A stretch of DNA of 57,354 nt, the filler included, from Platydemus manokwari (Eukaryota): NCBI GenBank assembly GCA_037951405.1. It is 5 parts of 5 records of this genome, joined end to end, with 100 filler letters (N's around TTAATTAATTAA, not from the genome) between each part and the next. Parts side by side here need not be neighbours in the genome. Positions count along the whole stretch, not along the records: positions 41,670 to 57,354 come from JBBMOY011253651.1; 4 more parts are not named here. One strand, written 5' to 3'. Position 1 is the first letter of the stretch, and every line of letters starts with the position of its first letter. Made by a program: the position numbers and the translations under genes. Positions 41,670-54,648 of the stretch are shown here, piece after piece. A model generated the notes under the pieces. That model searched no databases. It was not told the DNA's origin and saw nothing but the letters and a program-made list of their open reading frames with translations.

Positions 41670-44121
41670 AAGCAATAAACTTACAATCAATTACGAATCA
41701 CGAATTTTTTTTATAAAAAACTTAAAATCTATACATCTAATGTATTCAAATTAAAAATTATTTTAAATTGAGAAAGTAAACTTAAATAAATGAAGGTAAT
41801 TATATCACATTACATTAAATGGTTGTTTTATTAATTCACGATATCTCAAAACAAATTTGATTATAATGGCAAAATATGAAAAAATTACTTGAACTTCAAT
41901 ATTTGTATTAATAATATATTATAATGTTAAATAATCTTTGATTATGTTATTCATAAATAATGAAGATGCAAATGTAGTAAAAAATTCAGATGTTAAATTA
42001 TTGAAGTTAAACTTTAATAAATAAGCTGAAAATTACTTTCAAGTACTGGATAATAACTTATTCACAGAGAGAGAATCTCAGTGAAATCATTTTAAAAATG
42101 AAATAAATTAAATGTTTGTTATAATTATGTTTTATTCAAGTTTTCTAATATTATTAAGATTCTCAAAATAAAAATTCATCGGAAATTTAAATTTCTTTAC
42201 AAAATTAAGATATTCATGGAAAATAATAATTCTTGTCTTTTGCTCAATATTTTAAATGGAATATTACGATCAACACCGTAATGAGATCTAAAACTTAATA
42301 TGTTGTGCAAACCCGTGGCATTAGTACAGATGTGAGTTGCGTCGCATAAATTGAGAATGAGAGATGAAAATGACGGATAATACTATATTATAACTGGGTA
42401 TAAGAGAACTGATAATAGACAATAAACGAATGAGGTGAGATTTTTAATGAAGAATGATTGAAAGCGATGAAAAGTTGGGAAAAGAAATTGAATGGTATGT
42501 AATAATTCCGAATGTAAAAATACACACGAGATCATTAACTGGAAGAGGTGTTAAACTTAGATATCAAATGATGATCGTGTTTGAATACAATCCAAATGAA
42601 CTACTTAGATGATTGGATTTATTTATTTGATTCTCAATGCATTAATGAATTAATGAGTATTTTATATGGTTTTAGATAAATATTTTTAGGTGCTTCAAAT
42701 TAATGTGCTATGAAAAGTGAATGATATGCATAAATCAGTATATAAATTAACTAAATTATCGAGCGCACGGATATTCACATATTCAAATTTATTTGGGTAG
42801 GTCATAAAAACAGCTAAAATGCTTACCTGAACTATGAAAATAACCCTTAATAGGCTAATATGCAAAGATTCAATAAACACCCGTGCCAATAACTAATCAG
42901 ATTCCTTCTAATATCAATCCGCATTTAGAAGTTAATAAACGACTGACACATGCCAACAAATGACAGCAAACATCGATATTTTCTAATATGTAAGATGTAA
43001 GAAGTACTAACATATCTATGTATGAACAAATTCAATCAATAAAAAACGAAACTCCCGGACATCAAACAGACACACGCCAAAAGCCTACAGAAGGTTTTCC
43101 ATAGATATCTTGCTTTAGTTTCGTTTTCAACTCAATAGTTTGATATTGTCTATTTGAATTCTTGTAAAAACTTTTGACCTGGCGCTATCATGCATATCTG
43201 CTTGAAATCTCATCAAAGTTGGATGAGCCATTTTTACAGGACAAGTTTAGTAGGTTTTGATGAATTATTAAGTTATTTATTATGTCGCTGAATAATCCTC
43301 AGATTTCTTCACCAAATAAAACTGTTTGGTACCTAATTTTTATCTTCAAAAATCTCCATCTTAATAATAAAAAATTATTTATATCAGTAGTATCTATAAT
43401 TCTTATTCAATTTAGTCGAGATATTTCACAGATTATGATTTTCTCACAAAAGCTTGTCTACATCTCTTTGTTATGAAATTAAATAACAAGAATTCTTTGT
43501 TTAAAAAATCGATTTACTGTCTTTATAAAAGCACATTTGAGTAATGCTAATCTTTGTCAAAAAAGATAGAATTTTGACTGATATTCACTTTAGATTCGAG
43601 AGAATTCCTAGACCTTACTTATCAGATTTATTTCATAAATATCCTTTTCACAATATTTTCGATTTTATAAGTCACATGTTGTTTGAGATTAAACAAGATG
43701 AAATAATTTTCCCAAAATAAAATTCCTGTTTTGATTGATTAATTAAATTATTAATTAAATAAGATTTATTATTTTAATTTTTTATTTATGTAATTAATTA
43801 CTTTATTAGATTAAGTTTATTGTATTTGTTTAAATGAAAAATATATTTATCAATTTCAGTAAATTTAATTTGTTTGATTAATTTTATTCATTTAATTATT
43901 TAATTAATTAATTAATTATATTTATTATTATCGATTTATTTTATCTATACATTATCAATTATTTTTAAAAAATTTTACAATTATTTTAAATTCAATGAGA
44001 ACAAATCCATATAATCTCTTTAATGTAAACACGAAAAACAATATTTTTTTCTTTAAATTATATCCAATCATTTCTCACGTTTGAAATATTTAAGATATAT
44101 CTTATTTGTTTCCATATTGTT

Positions 44122-45000
44122 ATGGTGAATTTTACAGATAGATTCTTCAATTGTCCGGCGTATGATTTGACTGTACCACGAGCTTGGTTTCACAATATCA
44201 TTTATTTCCCTTTATTTTCGATTGGATTTTCAGTAAACATAATCTTGGCAATTTGGTATCATAAATACACAATCAAAATTCTCGGTAAACGGCAAACTTA
44301 TCAGTTGATCAGAAAAATAATGACCTTGACCGATATCATGACGGCATTATCTCAGTTTATTGATTTAATTGTGGTGCTATGTGTTCTCGATGACGATTTC
44401 ATTTTGCACTTCACTTCATCGATAAATTACACAATATATGTTGCTGAACTTCTCATGTTCGATATTCTAGCAATAGACAGATTGCTAGTAATCATCTTTC
44501 CTGTAGCTTCGAGGTGGAATAAAAAAATGATTTTGAGATTATTTATCATTTATATGATCTTACAGTGCTCTGTGGAATTGACTTGTATGTCGATCATTGT
44601 GATTACCCGTCGTTGTGGGATAGGAAAATCAGTGACCACATATCGGAATTACTTTTACGCTTTCTTTCTGACAGTATCAGGCTTATTCAATATCGGCGTT
44701 TATGCTACAATTTCAATTATATTTTCTTGTAAATCTCGGAAGCATCGTCAAATACACGATAATCAGAGATTAAAAGGTATTTTCAAATTGACCTTGATAT
44801 CTTTCGAAACTTCTATCGTTTACGTTTTATTACTCATCCCATTATTAGCTGACCTTTATCAGCCGACTATTTTAATAAGCCCATCGATCAGTTCGCTTTC
44901 TTTTCTCAACTGTCTGTCTAACTTTATCATATTTTCTCTGAATAATACTTTCTTGAGAAACAAGCTGCTGTGCCGGAGAAATATTGTTAGCACCATTTAA
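44122..45000 (+). CDS. Intronless divergent rhodopsin-like (class A) orphan GPCR, 292 aa
   Basis: Seven hydrophobic segments; N-terminal NFT sequon; TM1 GFSVN, TM2 MTLTD, TM3 LAIDRLLVIIFP, TM6 Pro (LLLIP), TM7 NCLSNFIIF; helix-8-like NNTFLRNKLLC. Confidence 0.88.
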   Translation: MVNFTDRFFNCPAYDLTVPRAWFHNIIYFPLFSIGFSVNIILAIWYHKYTIKILGKRQTYQLIRKIMTLTDIMTALSQFIDLIVVLCVLDDDFILHFTSSINYTIYVAELLMFDILAIDRLLVIIFPVASRWNKKMILRLFIIYMILQCSVELTCMSIIVITRRCGIGKSVTTYRNYFYAFFLTVSGLFNIGVYATISIIFSCKSRKHRQIHDNQRLKGIFKLTLISFETSIVYVLLLIPLLADLYQPTILISPSISSLSFLNCLSNFIIFSLNNTFLRNKLLCRRNIVSTI

Positions 45001-48000
45001 CTATCGATTGTTATATTCTAAGAGGGTGAATTTAATAAATTGTGTTCTAATTTATTTACTAATTCATTTTATGTTTTTATTATTAGTTTTAATATCAGAA
45101 AATTGAAAATTTTTAACAATTCTATTCTATTATATTATTTCATTATTAAAAAATTATATATGCGAAAATTTCGTTTCATAATCTTGAATGTTGAAGGAAT
45201 TAATTTAAAATTTCACATAATCGAATTGCCTTAAGTTTATTTCAGTCACCGATGGAATTTAACAGCTTTATTTTTCACTCGGTCGTACACGGTAAAATTT
45301 TAAAAATATCATTCTAATATTTTATATTTATATATGAAACCAAACAAAACTAAAAAACCCAAAAAATATAAATTTCTCACAAAAGTGTTTATCATACAAA
45401 CTTAACGGAAAATAAACATTGAATTTGTCAAAGTGTTCTGAAGAATGACAGACATTCATTTCTCTATATTGGATTTATTTTTATATTTTTTTTTCAAAGA
45501 AAGATGTTCGAATTATTTGCCAAAAAATGAAAATAAATTACATTTCCAGATATATTGGAATGATTAGTTCTGTTTTAAATAACTTATTATCTTTCAAATT
45601 GCTTCCATTGTGGTATTATTTGTAAATCCATTAAAATGTCCATTCACTTAAGTAATTATCTTGTCCATTTCGAATAAATTGCAAGGACAATTCAGTCAAT
45701 ATTTAGAGTTTGGATGAATGATTTTTACATTACCATTTTATCATATCATCAAAAAATGTTATGTTCGATGATTTTCGAGAAAAAAATTCAAATATTTAGT
45801 GATGTTGAATGCCTATTATATTAAGTGATCAGTTAATACTTGGCGGCTATCAAGTTATGTCTTAAGGTAGATTTTATACCATAAAAATTATGTCAATTTA
45901 TTGTCTTGATGATGACTTTAACCCGAAATAATGTTAATACTACATTATAAAATCAATATAATCCTTGGAAACATTTATATGATACCGAAATTCAATTACA
46001 GCAAGTACTGATGGCCTGGTGATAAACGGTCTTAAACCTATTCACCAATGAGAGAAGCAAAGATGGTTAATTTGTGGTCCTAATCTATATCAATAAGTAT
46101 TAAAGATTATCACTGTTCTATCAGTGTAATGAAACTATCAGTAATTCAATCATTAAACTCTCAGAACCGTTAAGTATTCATTTTGAAAACTAATATACTA
46201 TTGGGTTATCAATTCAACAATTTAGATCTGAAAATTGTATTAACCAAAATATTACAATCAAAGCCTCATTAACAACAATAAATATTTCACAATTCACAAA
46301 GTAAATCACTCAGGACGAGATCAGCGCTGGAAAATCAAAAACTTAATGAAAAGCAATCTAAAAGACTCATTACAAAGAATTACACAAAGATAGGCTCAAC
46401 ACTCAAATTACCGACCAAAAAGACTGACACATATACATGGAACCCAATCTCTTTTATATGCCTATCGGGAGTGTCTCCTTGATGTCATAGATTTTCGTTT
46501 TCCATTTGCTTAATTAGTTCGTGGATCGATCTACTTGAAATTTTCCTCGAATCCCTCATGTCATTAATGGATATTTGAGCTTACTGTTATTTGTAGGTAT
46601 ATGCCTGTTGGTTCTTAATTTCTAAATATGGAACAATATTAAAACGAATCTGATTTATTAACGGTTACATGGGTTTATTGGGAGTGTGTGTATCGACCTT
46701 TTATTAGGGTTCTTTCCTTGGTTCTTGTGACCCTTTTAATTGATTTGTTATGTATCCAACAATTCATGGAAAACTAAAAATAGTCATACATAGATAATAT
46801 TTCAATTCGTGTTTTTCAAAAGATGGCTCGTGACATTGTCATCTAAAAATCATTAATATAAATGGTATGTGCTCACATCTACTATTCTGTCGTTTTCATG
46901 AATCCTCAAGTTAAATTTAAGCAAACTCAAATATATTATAATTCCTAAACAAATCAGAAACATTGGCATTTATTTATAAAAGTGTGTTTTAGCGAAACAT
47001 TTAAATTCTGGGTTAAATTCCCCAGCAGAAAGTATAATTCCAATTTCAATTTCTTTTTGTTTGAGAATATTTATTATTAATTTTTCCCTGGATGGAAAAA
47101 GAATCATTAAATTGTCATTACACAAAAGATGTTATCAAAGCCTTGATAAATTACTTAATATTTTACTTCAAATAAATCAATATTTTGAATTAATTTAATC
47201 TTGATGAATATATATAAAACAAAAATCATATCTGACTGTTGAAATATTAGATTCTACAATAACTTAAGCAAGCTAAAATTATAAAAATATTAACTTGCCA
47301 AAATAATCATTGAGGCATTTCTGAAGATTGACTCAGATATTATAGTCTCTCACTTGTTGGTCACCAGTATTTTTCTTCAAAATTTTCTACTTTTCATCTT
47401 CCCAGTACCAAGGGAAGTCCTTGATAAAGACTGTTGCTTGACAGACCCATCTTGATGGTATTAAATTTAGGACTTTCATCATCCTGACCTTAGTTTCTTT
47501 CTTTAATGTCTTCTTTGAGATCAACTTTAAATTTGGGTACTCTTATCTCAGTTACGCTACTTTTCCCAAGATAGAACTCCTAGTAGAGAAATATCGATTT
47601 TATATTTGAGAAGATGCAGTACGACTAAATTTGATATTGATTTTTTCGAATATTTTTGATTGTTCTTTTGAGTTTAGCACATTTTTCAAGGTTTCCTGTG
47701 GCTGAATTTTCTAATATTCTTGATTGGTTGATGTGACATTTTTACGTAAAATGGAAAGATTATTGGCACCTGCTCGATGTCCGTATGAAGATCTGCCCTC
47801 TTTTGAAATTCTCACACAGTGTAATTTCAAAAATAAGTGATTTGAGTTACTTTATTTGTTATCATTTCTATGATTTTGTTGTTTCTAAATATTTGCAAAA
47901 ACGTGCACTTGTGGTTATCTCAAACAGATACTTTAAAATTTGTTATCCGTATATATTTCTTATTAATAGTATTTAGTGTTTCAGTACTGGTCTTGTTCTC

Positions 48001-50210
48001 AAATTTTAATCCGTCAATAAAGAAATAACCTCCAAACATCACTTTACTACTGGTTCAAATTATTTGATAAGGGAACATGAATAACTAACGGAGAAGTTTA
48101 GTAATCTACATGATTGTTGCCGAATCCGCAATTACAAGGCCCTTACATGTTTTTCTTTCAAGACATATATTGAAATGCTTATAAGAGATTTCATCATCGA
48201 CGAACACAACGGAAGTAGTGGCCAAGTTCTTTCTCGAATATTTGATGACTTCGAGGATTGTACCCACCACGCCTTATTTTGTCTTTTGTTTTAGGTATAA
48301 GCCTAATTTAGGAACATTTAGAATAAGTTTCAGCTGTCTCCTAATAAAAATGTTCATTTGAAGGAGCTTCTTACACGCAATATAATAAATAAGCTAGTAT
48401 TTGATGAATTATTTAGAAGCTGGACGATTTTGCCAAGAAAGAAAGACACATTTGGTTCTGTTTTATCGAGTAAGCTCTCAAAATAGTTGTGAAGATTAAA
48501 AGAAAGATCGACACATTGATACTGGTAGTGATCATTAAGTTTAAGAAATGAAAATGTTGACTCCACATTTTATGATAATCAAGAACATTTTCGTCAGCAA
48601 AGTCCATGATAAAAATACAATATTTTTGGTGAAGAGTTTGTCAAAAGTGGAAAGCCGATATTTTGACAAAATTAGAAAGAAATAATCTTGTAATGGCAAT
48701 TGTCTCTATATGAGCAATCTTTCCTAAGGAATGGCTATGCAATTTTTATTCTTAGATTCGCATCCTAATATCGTGCTAAAACGATATCATATTTTGGAAC
48801 CATTCTCTGATTTGGACAATTTATCAGCTTAGTAATTTAACATTTAGATATTCTAAAAAATTATTTTTTGTTTCGTCATAAAGATATGAAAAATATAAAT
48901 CAGTACCAGAGTACTTTGAAATTGAAAACCACCAAGACAGCTTAATGATAGCAAGAACACTTATCAGCTACTAAACAAGTCTTGAGAGGGTGATTTTCTT
49001 GTCCGCATAAAAAAAAGATATCGTAAAGCAAATTTTCTCTGAAAAAATAAAATAAAATAAATCAGTATTACTAATGAATCATTGAGTAATGTAGCGGTAT
49101 TTCGTTATCATGATAAAATTAGCTTATTTTTTAAATTTGTATATTTGGTGATTTGATCTTAGTTCTCGTTGTAGTCGGCTATCTGGATAAAAGTGTTTGT
49201 CGGATCGTGTTCTCCATCTTCTAAAACGAAGGGTGCCTGAAAGCCCATAAAAATTTTAACAATATATTCAACTCAAACAAAATATAATAATTTTGTAAAT
49301 GAAGAATTTGGAATACTAGGGTTATTAGTGAATCTTCAAGTTTGTTTCATTGAAATCCGTATTCCAGGAACAATTTGTGTTCATAAGTAATTGATATTAA
49401 CTGCTATTCATTAACTTACCAACTCATCATATTCATTTTATTTTGTATAAAATTACGAATTTTTGTGGTCTCTTTAGCATTTCACATCACTACACTCATC
49501 AACATCAACCGATAAAATAACGTGAATACAAGCAGGTTATTCTGTTTATTGCTTCTACAGGAATTATTTGCTGTTATTTTTGACATTTTCTGGTAAAAAG
49601 TTAAATCAAAGAGTACTGATAATGAAACATATGAGATACAAAACCATTGGCTAAGCTATTCATTATAAACAAAATCCTGAAACATGGGTTTAAATTCAGC
49701 ATTGAAAGAACATGTGAATTAAATGTCCTATTTAATACTGATGAGCATAAAAAGCTTCGAAACATATTTAATGGTGGATTGGCTCTTACGATTGTAAATA
49801 ATTCGTTTCATTAAATCATCATACGAGTAACATTAATAATTTTACAAGAACCTTCAATTATGAATTGTAATAAGCAGTAAATAATTAATATATGAACCCA
49901 TTTTAAAAATATTATTTATTTATAAATATGGTAAGAGACAATTTTCGTTCTTCAGCTTACTGACAAGAATCGTTAATATCCAATCTAATTTCCACATCAA
50001 ACAAATAAACGCGTTTTTTATGAAATGGATTTTAAATTTTTCTGTCATCGATGTTAAACAGTTGTCATTCGTTTTCTTTTAAAGAAAAAATTATGAAAAA
50101 CGATGGAGCAATAGTAGAGCAATCAATTAGTTCAAACATTAACATTTCCGTTGTAAACATTATTGTGGCAGTTTCATGGAATGCAGCGATTTATGTATGA
50201 TACAAAATAT

Positions 50211-50810
50211 AATATGCATTCCATTATATTTAGAGAATAGACTTCCAAATACTATCTTTAACAATTTCCTAGATAACCGATAAATATCGTAAATAAAGAG
50301 TTGGTATGACTTCGTTATTTAAATTTACTCTTTCTTTGACAATGATAAACCATTTCCTAGGGGAATAATTCACTTAAATTCACTATTTTACATGGTGATA
50401 TTCAATAATAATCGATTGTCGATACTGTACTTTTTGAATCAGCATATATAAAGCTATCATTTGTTTAAAAAACTCATATTAAGATTTAATTTCAACGAAT
50501 GATAGCTTTATATATGGTGATTCAAAAAGCACAGTATCGACAATTAATTATTACTAAATATCACCCCGTAAATAATAATTTTATTAAACTATTTCACCAG
50601 TGATGTACTCAATAAATATCCAACCTGCACCAGTCAGTATATTGGATTTTTTAAATTCCTGTGGATTCGTTATGTTTCAAACCAATAAATCTACAATACA
50701 TAGGTTTCGGGAAAATGGTTTATCGTTGACAAAACTTGAATAAATTTAAATAACGAAGTCGTGCTAACTCTTTTTTATTACAAAGTAGTGTTTAAATATA
50801 AAATGCATTC
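50211..50810. mobile_element. ~600-bp imperfect foldback palindrome (probable non-autonomous DNA element)
   Basis: Inner arms 50410-50465 and 50494-50549 are 51/56 complementary around a 28-nt loop. Outer arms 50295-50327 and 50741-50773 are 30/33 complementary. Weaker pairing continues out to ATGCATT at about 50214 and 50803. Confidence 0.75.
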
Positions 50811-53356
50811 TAATTAAGTGTTTCGGATCGAACCACATGATTAAAACCAATATCTAAATGTTAATCGAATACTACTTTATTTTCCGTGAAGTATTGACGA
50901 AAGAAACTGGCTGTAATAATGTTGTGTTTTCGCGTGATCTAATACCTGTTTAATTATAACCTCTCAGTGAGGAATACTCAAGCATCTTTAAATATGAAAA
51001 CGTTTCCGTTTAACAAATGTAAGTGGATCATGAATTATGTTCTGATATTCATTTAAAATAACACTGAAACCATTTCACGAATTTAGAATGCAGATCAGAA
51101 TCAAATCTTGATCATGATAAAAGACTCTTTAACCTAGTAGGTAAATAAGTTACTGTTCACGATAAATTTTAATTGGTTATAATTATTAGTTCTATCAAAT
51201 AAATTTCTAATTGTTACTCATAGGTTTATTGCAAGGAAAATTATTAAAATTTATCACAGCTTATTTTCATGTGTTTAATAGAATGTCCGTTGAGTACATT
51301 TTTTATAATACAATCCTCTATATAAATGGTTCCAATTGACCCATGAAGAATTATAATGAAGAATTATATCCTAAATGTGAAAATCAATAAAATAAAAATC
51401 CTGTCAAAGACAAATAAAAATCACCAAGATACCTTTGTGCTTCATTTTAGACAATTTATTTATTTATTAAGCTCAGTAGTCCTTTAAAAGTCGTGAGTCT
51501 ATTCATAATTGATGGAATTGGTGGTTGAAATGTATTGTTGAAGAAACTTATTATGAATAAATGATTGGAATGTAGTTTTGAAGAACCCAATTAGAAATAA
51601 AATGATTAATTCAATGTTAATTTTAATTCCGAGTTTACATTACTAAATCGATTATCACATAATTTAATTCTAACATTTAGAACTCAATTATTATTCTAAA
51701 CAGGAGTTAATTATTAAAGTCAGTGTAGATTGAAACTTAAATATAATTTAACTCTAAATTAAGGGATAGTTTCCAACTATCATTACGATAAATAAGAAAA
51801 TTCCAGGACACGGGTTTGCTTTGGAGAAAATATAATATAACAATTCTTCTTCAATGATTGAAAATTTCGTCGATTTCATCACCGTCAATGGTTGACTATA
51901 TAAGCTTAGTTTAATGATTTCTCAACTTTAGGTCGATTTGACCGCGATAGTAGATTGAAATAGTTCACCCAAATCACCTTACTCATATGTCATTGTTGAA
52001 TTCCGATCCTACTGCTACCCGCCGCTGTTAACTGGTACTATTTATATAATTATTTTTTCCAGTGTTAGTATTTATATATTTCTTATTCGCATAGTTTCGA
52101 CCGGATGTCCATGAAGCCTAAATATGCACGATTTCTTCAAACACGTGATGCAACTAAGAAAAATTAAAAATAATAATTTCTTACGGATTTCTTCTTTAAT
52201 TTTGAAATAACAAACTTCTCCGATTTGCCTTTATATGAAGCACAATTCTTAAACACACAACCACTAATGTGAGTACTTGTAATCTCATACCGAAACATGA
52301 TTTATCAACCATAGATATTAAATATTCATGGAAAAATGTATTTGTGGAGATTATCTGATAATCTCCTCTACTACTTCAATCTTGACAGAATTATTTATTT
52401 ACAGAAATTATTGATTTTCCATTAACATGAAGCTGCTGTATTGTTTATTGATTTTTAAGTTTTTTCACTTTTGAGTTTTACTTTGTCTCACGTTCAGCAT
52501 TCATTTATTTACTGATAAAATCTTCAATCGAATAGCAAAGAGGCATAACAATAGCAGTAATAGTAATAAAATAATATATAAATCTATATAAATTAGAAAG
52601 AACCGCAGAACATTTTAAGAAACTTTCATTAGATTGTAATTCTGCACTTTTTTCTCTTTAATTTTTCTTTATATATGAAATTTCAACTCTTCCTTTTCTT
52701 GTTACTTCTCTTTTGTTCTTCATTAGCAATACACGTTGAATTTTCAATTAGACATTGAAGTTAACTATTTTACGATTTGTTTTGTCAAGGAAAATTACAT
52801 GTCCTCATTATCTCAAGTTTGTCAAATAGACAACTTAATATTTCAGAATGCTTTTTTAAATGTCTTCATCCTGAATTATGCAGATTATGATTATTGTAAA
52901 AAAATTATAATTAACCTTGAATTTGTTGGGTTTACCGGCTGTAGAGCACAACAAACACTCACTAGATCCTTTCTATCTGACTCCAAAAAGGTAGTAGTTA
53001 AACAAGAAGATATATTTCGGAACACTGTACAATATTAAATTTGATCACAAATAAAATATGAACGATCCAATCCTTATATTCATTAAACATTTACGGGCAC
53101 ACTACTCTACTTTACGTTAAAAACGATATTCGGGAACAACACCATCGAATATCCTACAATTTATGTTTAGTATTTTCTTCAAATATTCGGGAAAACAATT
53201 TCTTCAGATATCAAGCTATAAAGTTAAAGATTAAAAACAAAATTCTGGATTTTCCTTAGTAATTTTCTGGCACGATCTTAATTTATGATATATCCTATTT
53301 CCGACTCTTCTAATGTCTGCAAATATCTCCGGGTAGTTTCTGCTGCTAAAATTCTG

Positions 53357-53398
53357 AAAATGACTGCGAATGTCTGCGAATGTCCGCAAATGACTGTG
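53357..53398. repeat. 10-bp tandem repeat (AATG(A/T)CTGCG-like) x 4
   Basis: aaatgactgc gaatgtctgc gaatgtccgc aaatgactgt, with a related copy (aatgtctgcaaat) near 53312. Possibly a subterminal repeat of a DNA transposon. Confidence 0.6.
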
Positions 53399-54648
53399 AT
53401 AATCAACTATTGATTGCATTTACATAGAACTTTGCTCATAGCAAAATTCCCTCCGCCTAGTTTTCGTGCACTGCTAACTTCTAACTTTAATCAATAACCT
53501 CCTACATCGGGAAGTTATTTATTTTTTTATTATTTGGAACATTTAAACAAACTATAATTTCTAAGTAAATATTTTGCATTATTTATTTATTTATTATTTC
53601 TACTTAATATTTATTTTTAACAATAGTAATTTTATTTTAAAATTATTATCTTGTTTTAATTTCTTATTTGGAAATTACATTTTATTTTTAGCATTTATTA
53701 TTTAACATAAACCTCTCTCTCTTTGACTTATCATTTTAATTGATTTTTGTTTTACTTTTACTTTTACTACTTATTGGGCTCTTTCAAATTTATATTTTAA
53801 TAATCTGGTTATTATGAAAAACCTTATTAAATTTTAGAATATATATTTACAAGCATTTAGCTCCATTTTCCCACTGTTAGTTAAATTTTTCGATCGATTA
53901 CTGCACAGTCATAAGTGCCATAGCACAGTCTCAGTATATCGTTAAATAATTTCATTAAATTTCAAACTTATCACAACACGCTAAGCATATACATTTCTAC
54001 TCAGTGATAAACTAAATTTAGGATTTAATTCCTAATATTTTGATTATAAATTTAATGAAGAAGGACAAATGTGACTTTATGTGGTCAGTAATTAAACGAA
54101 AATGCTGGGTTTATAACCTTAAAAAATTAGTACATATATGGTTGACGAACATTGCTGGTGTAACAAGTTGGTGGATTGAAGAACACTATCAACATTTATT
54201 AAAAATTTAGGGGTTGACGAAGCCTTTATAGAATATTAATACTATATATGTATATTATTAGCTTTATTAAAATTGTTTTGCCATAAAGGTCTCGGAAGAT
54301 AATTGATTATTCTGTAATTTATAAACACAATTTCTGTAATTCAATCTAATCGATAATTTTTCAAAAGAATTAATTTCATTTTTATCAGCGAAACAAATTC
54401 CAAATAAGGATTGATTAAATTTAATAATTCATTTTAATTCGATTTTTTTAAGTTCATTTATAAATTTTGGCGTGGATTTCTAAAACCACATTTTGTCAAA
54501 TTTTTTTAAACAAAAAATATTTTTCACTTATTTTTCCATTGTTAATTATTTAAACCTTACATTTGTTTAAATAAATCAATTGAAATTGTATTCACATTAA
54601 ATAGTTGTGCTAGATCATTCAAAATGACTTTCAAATAACTCTAATAAA

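Noticed and set aside
49150-49590. Minus-strand exon-like blocks including DVDECSDVKC (EGF-calcium-like)
   Set aside because: Stops in all frames and no consistent spliced ORF; the remaining EGF cysteines are absent.
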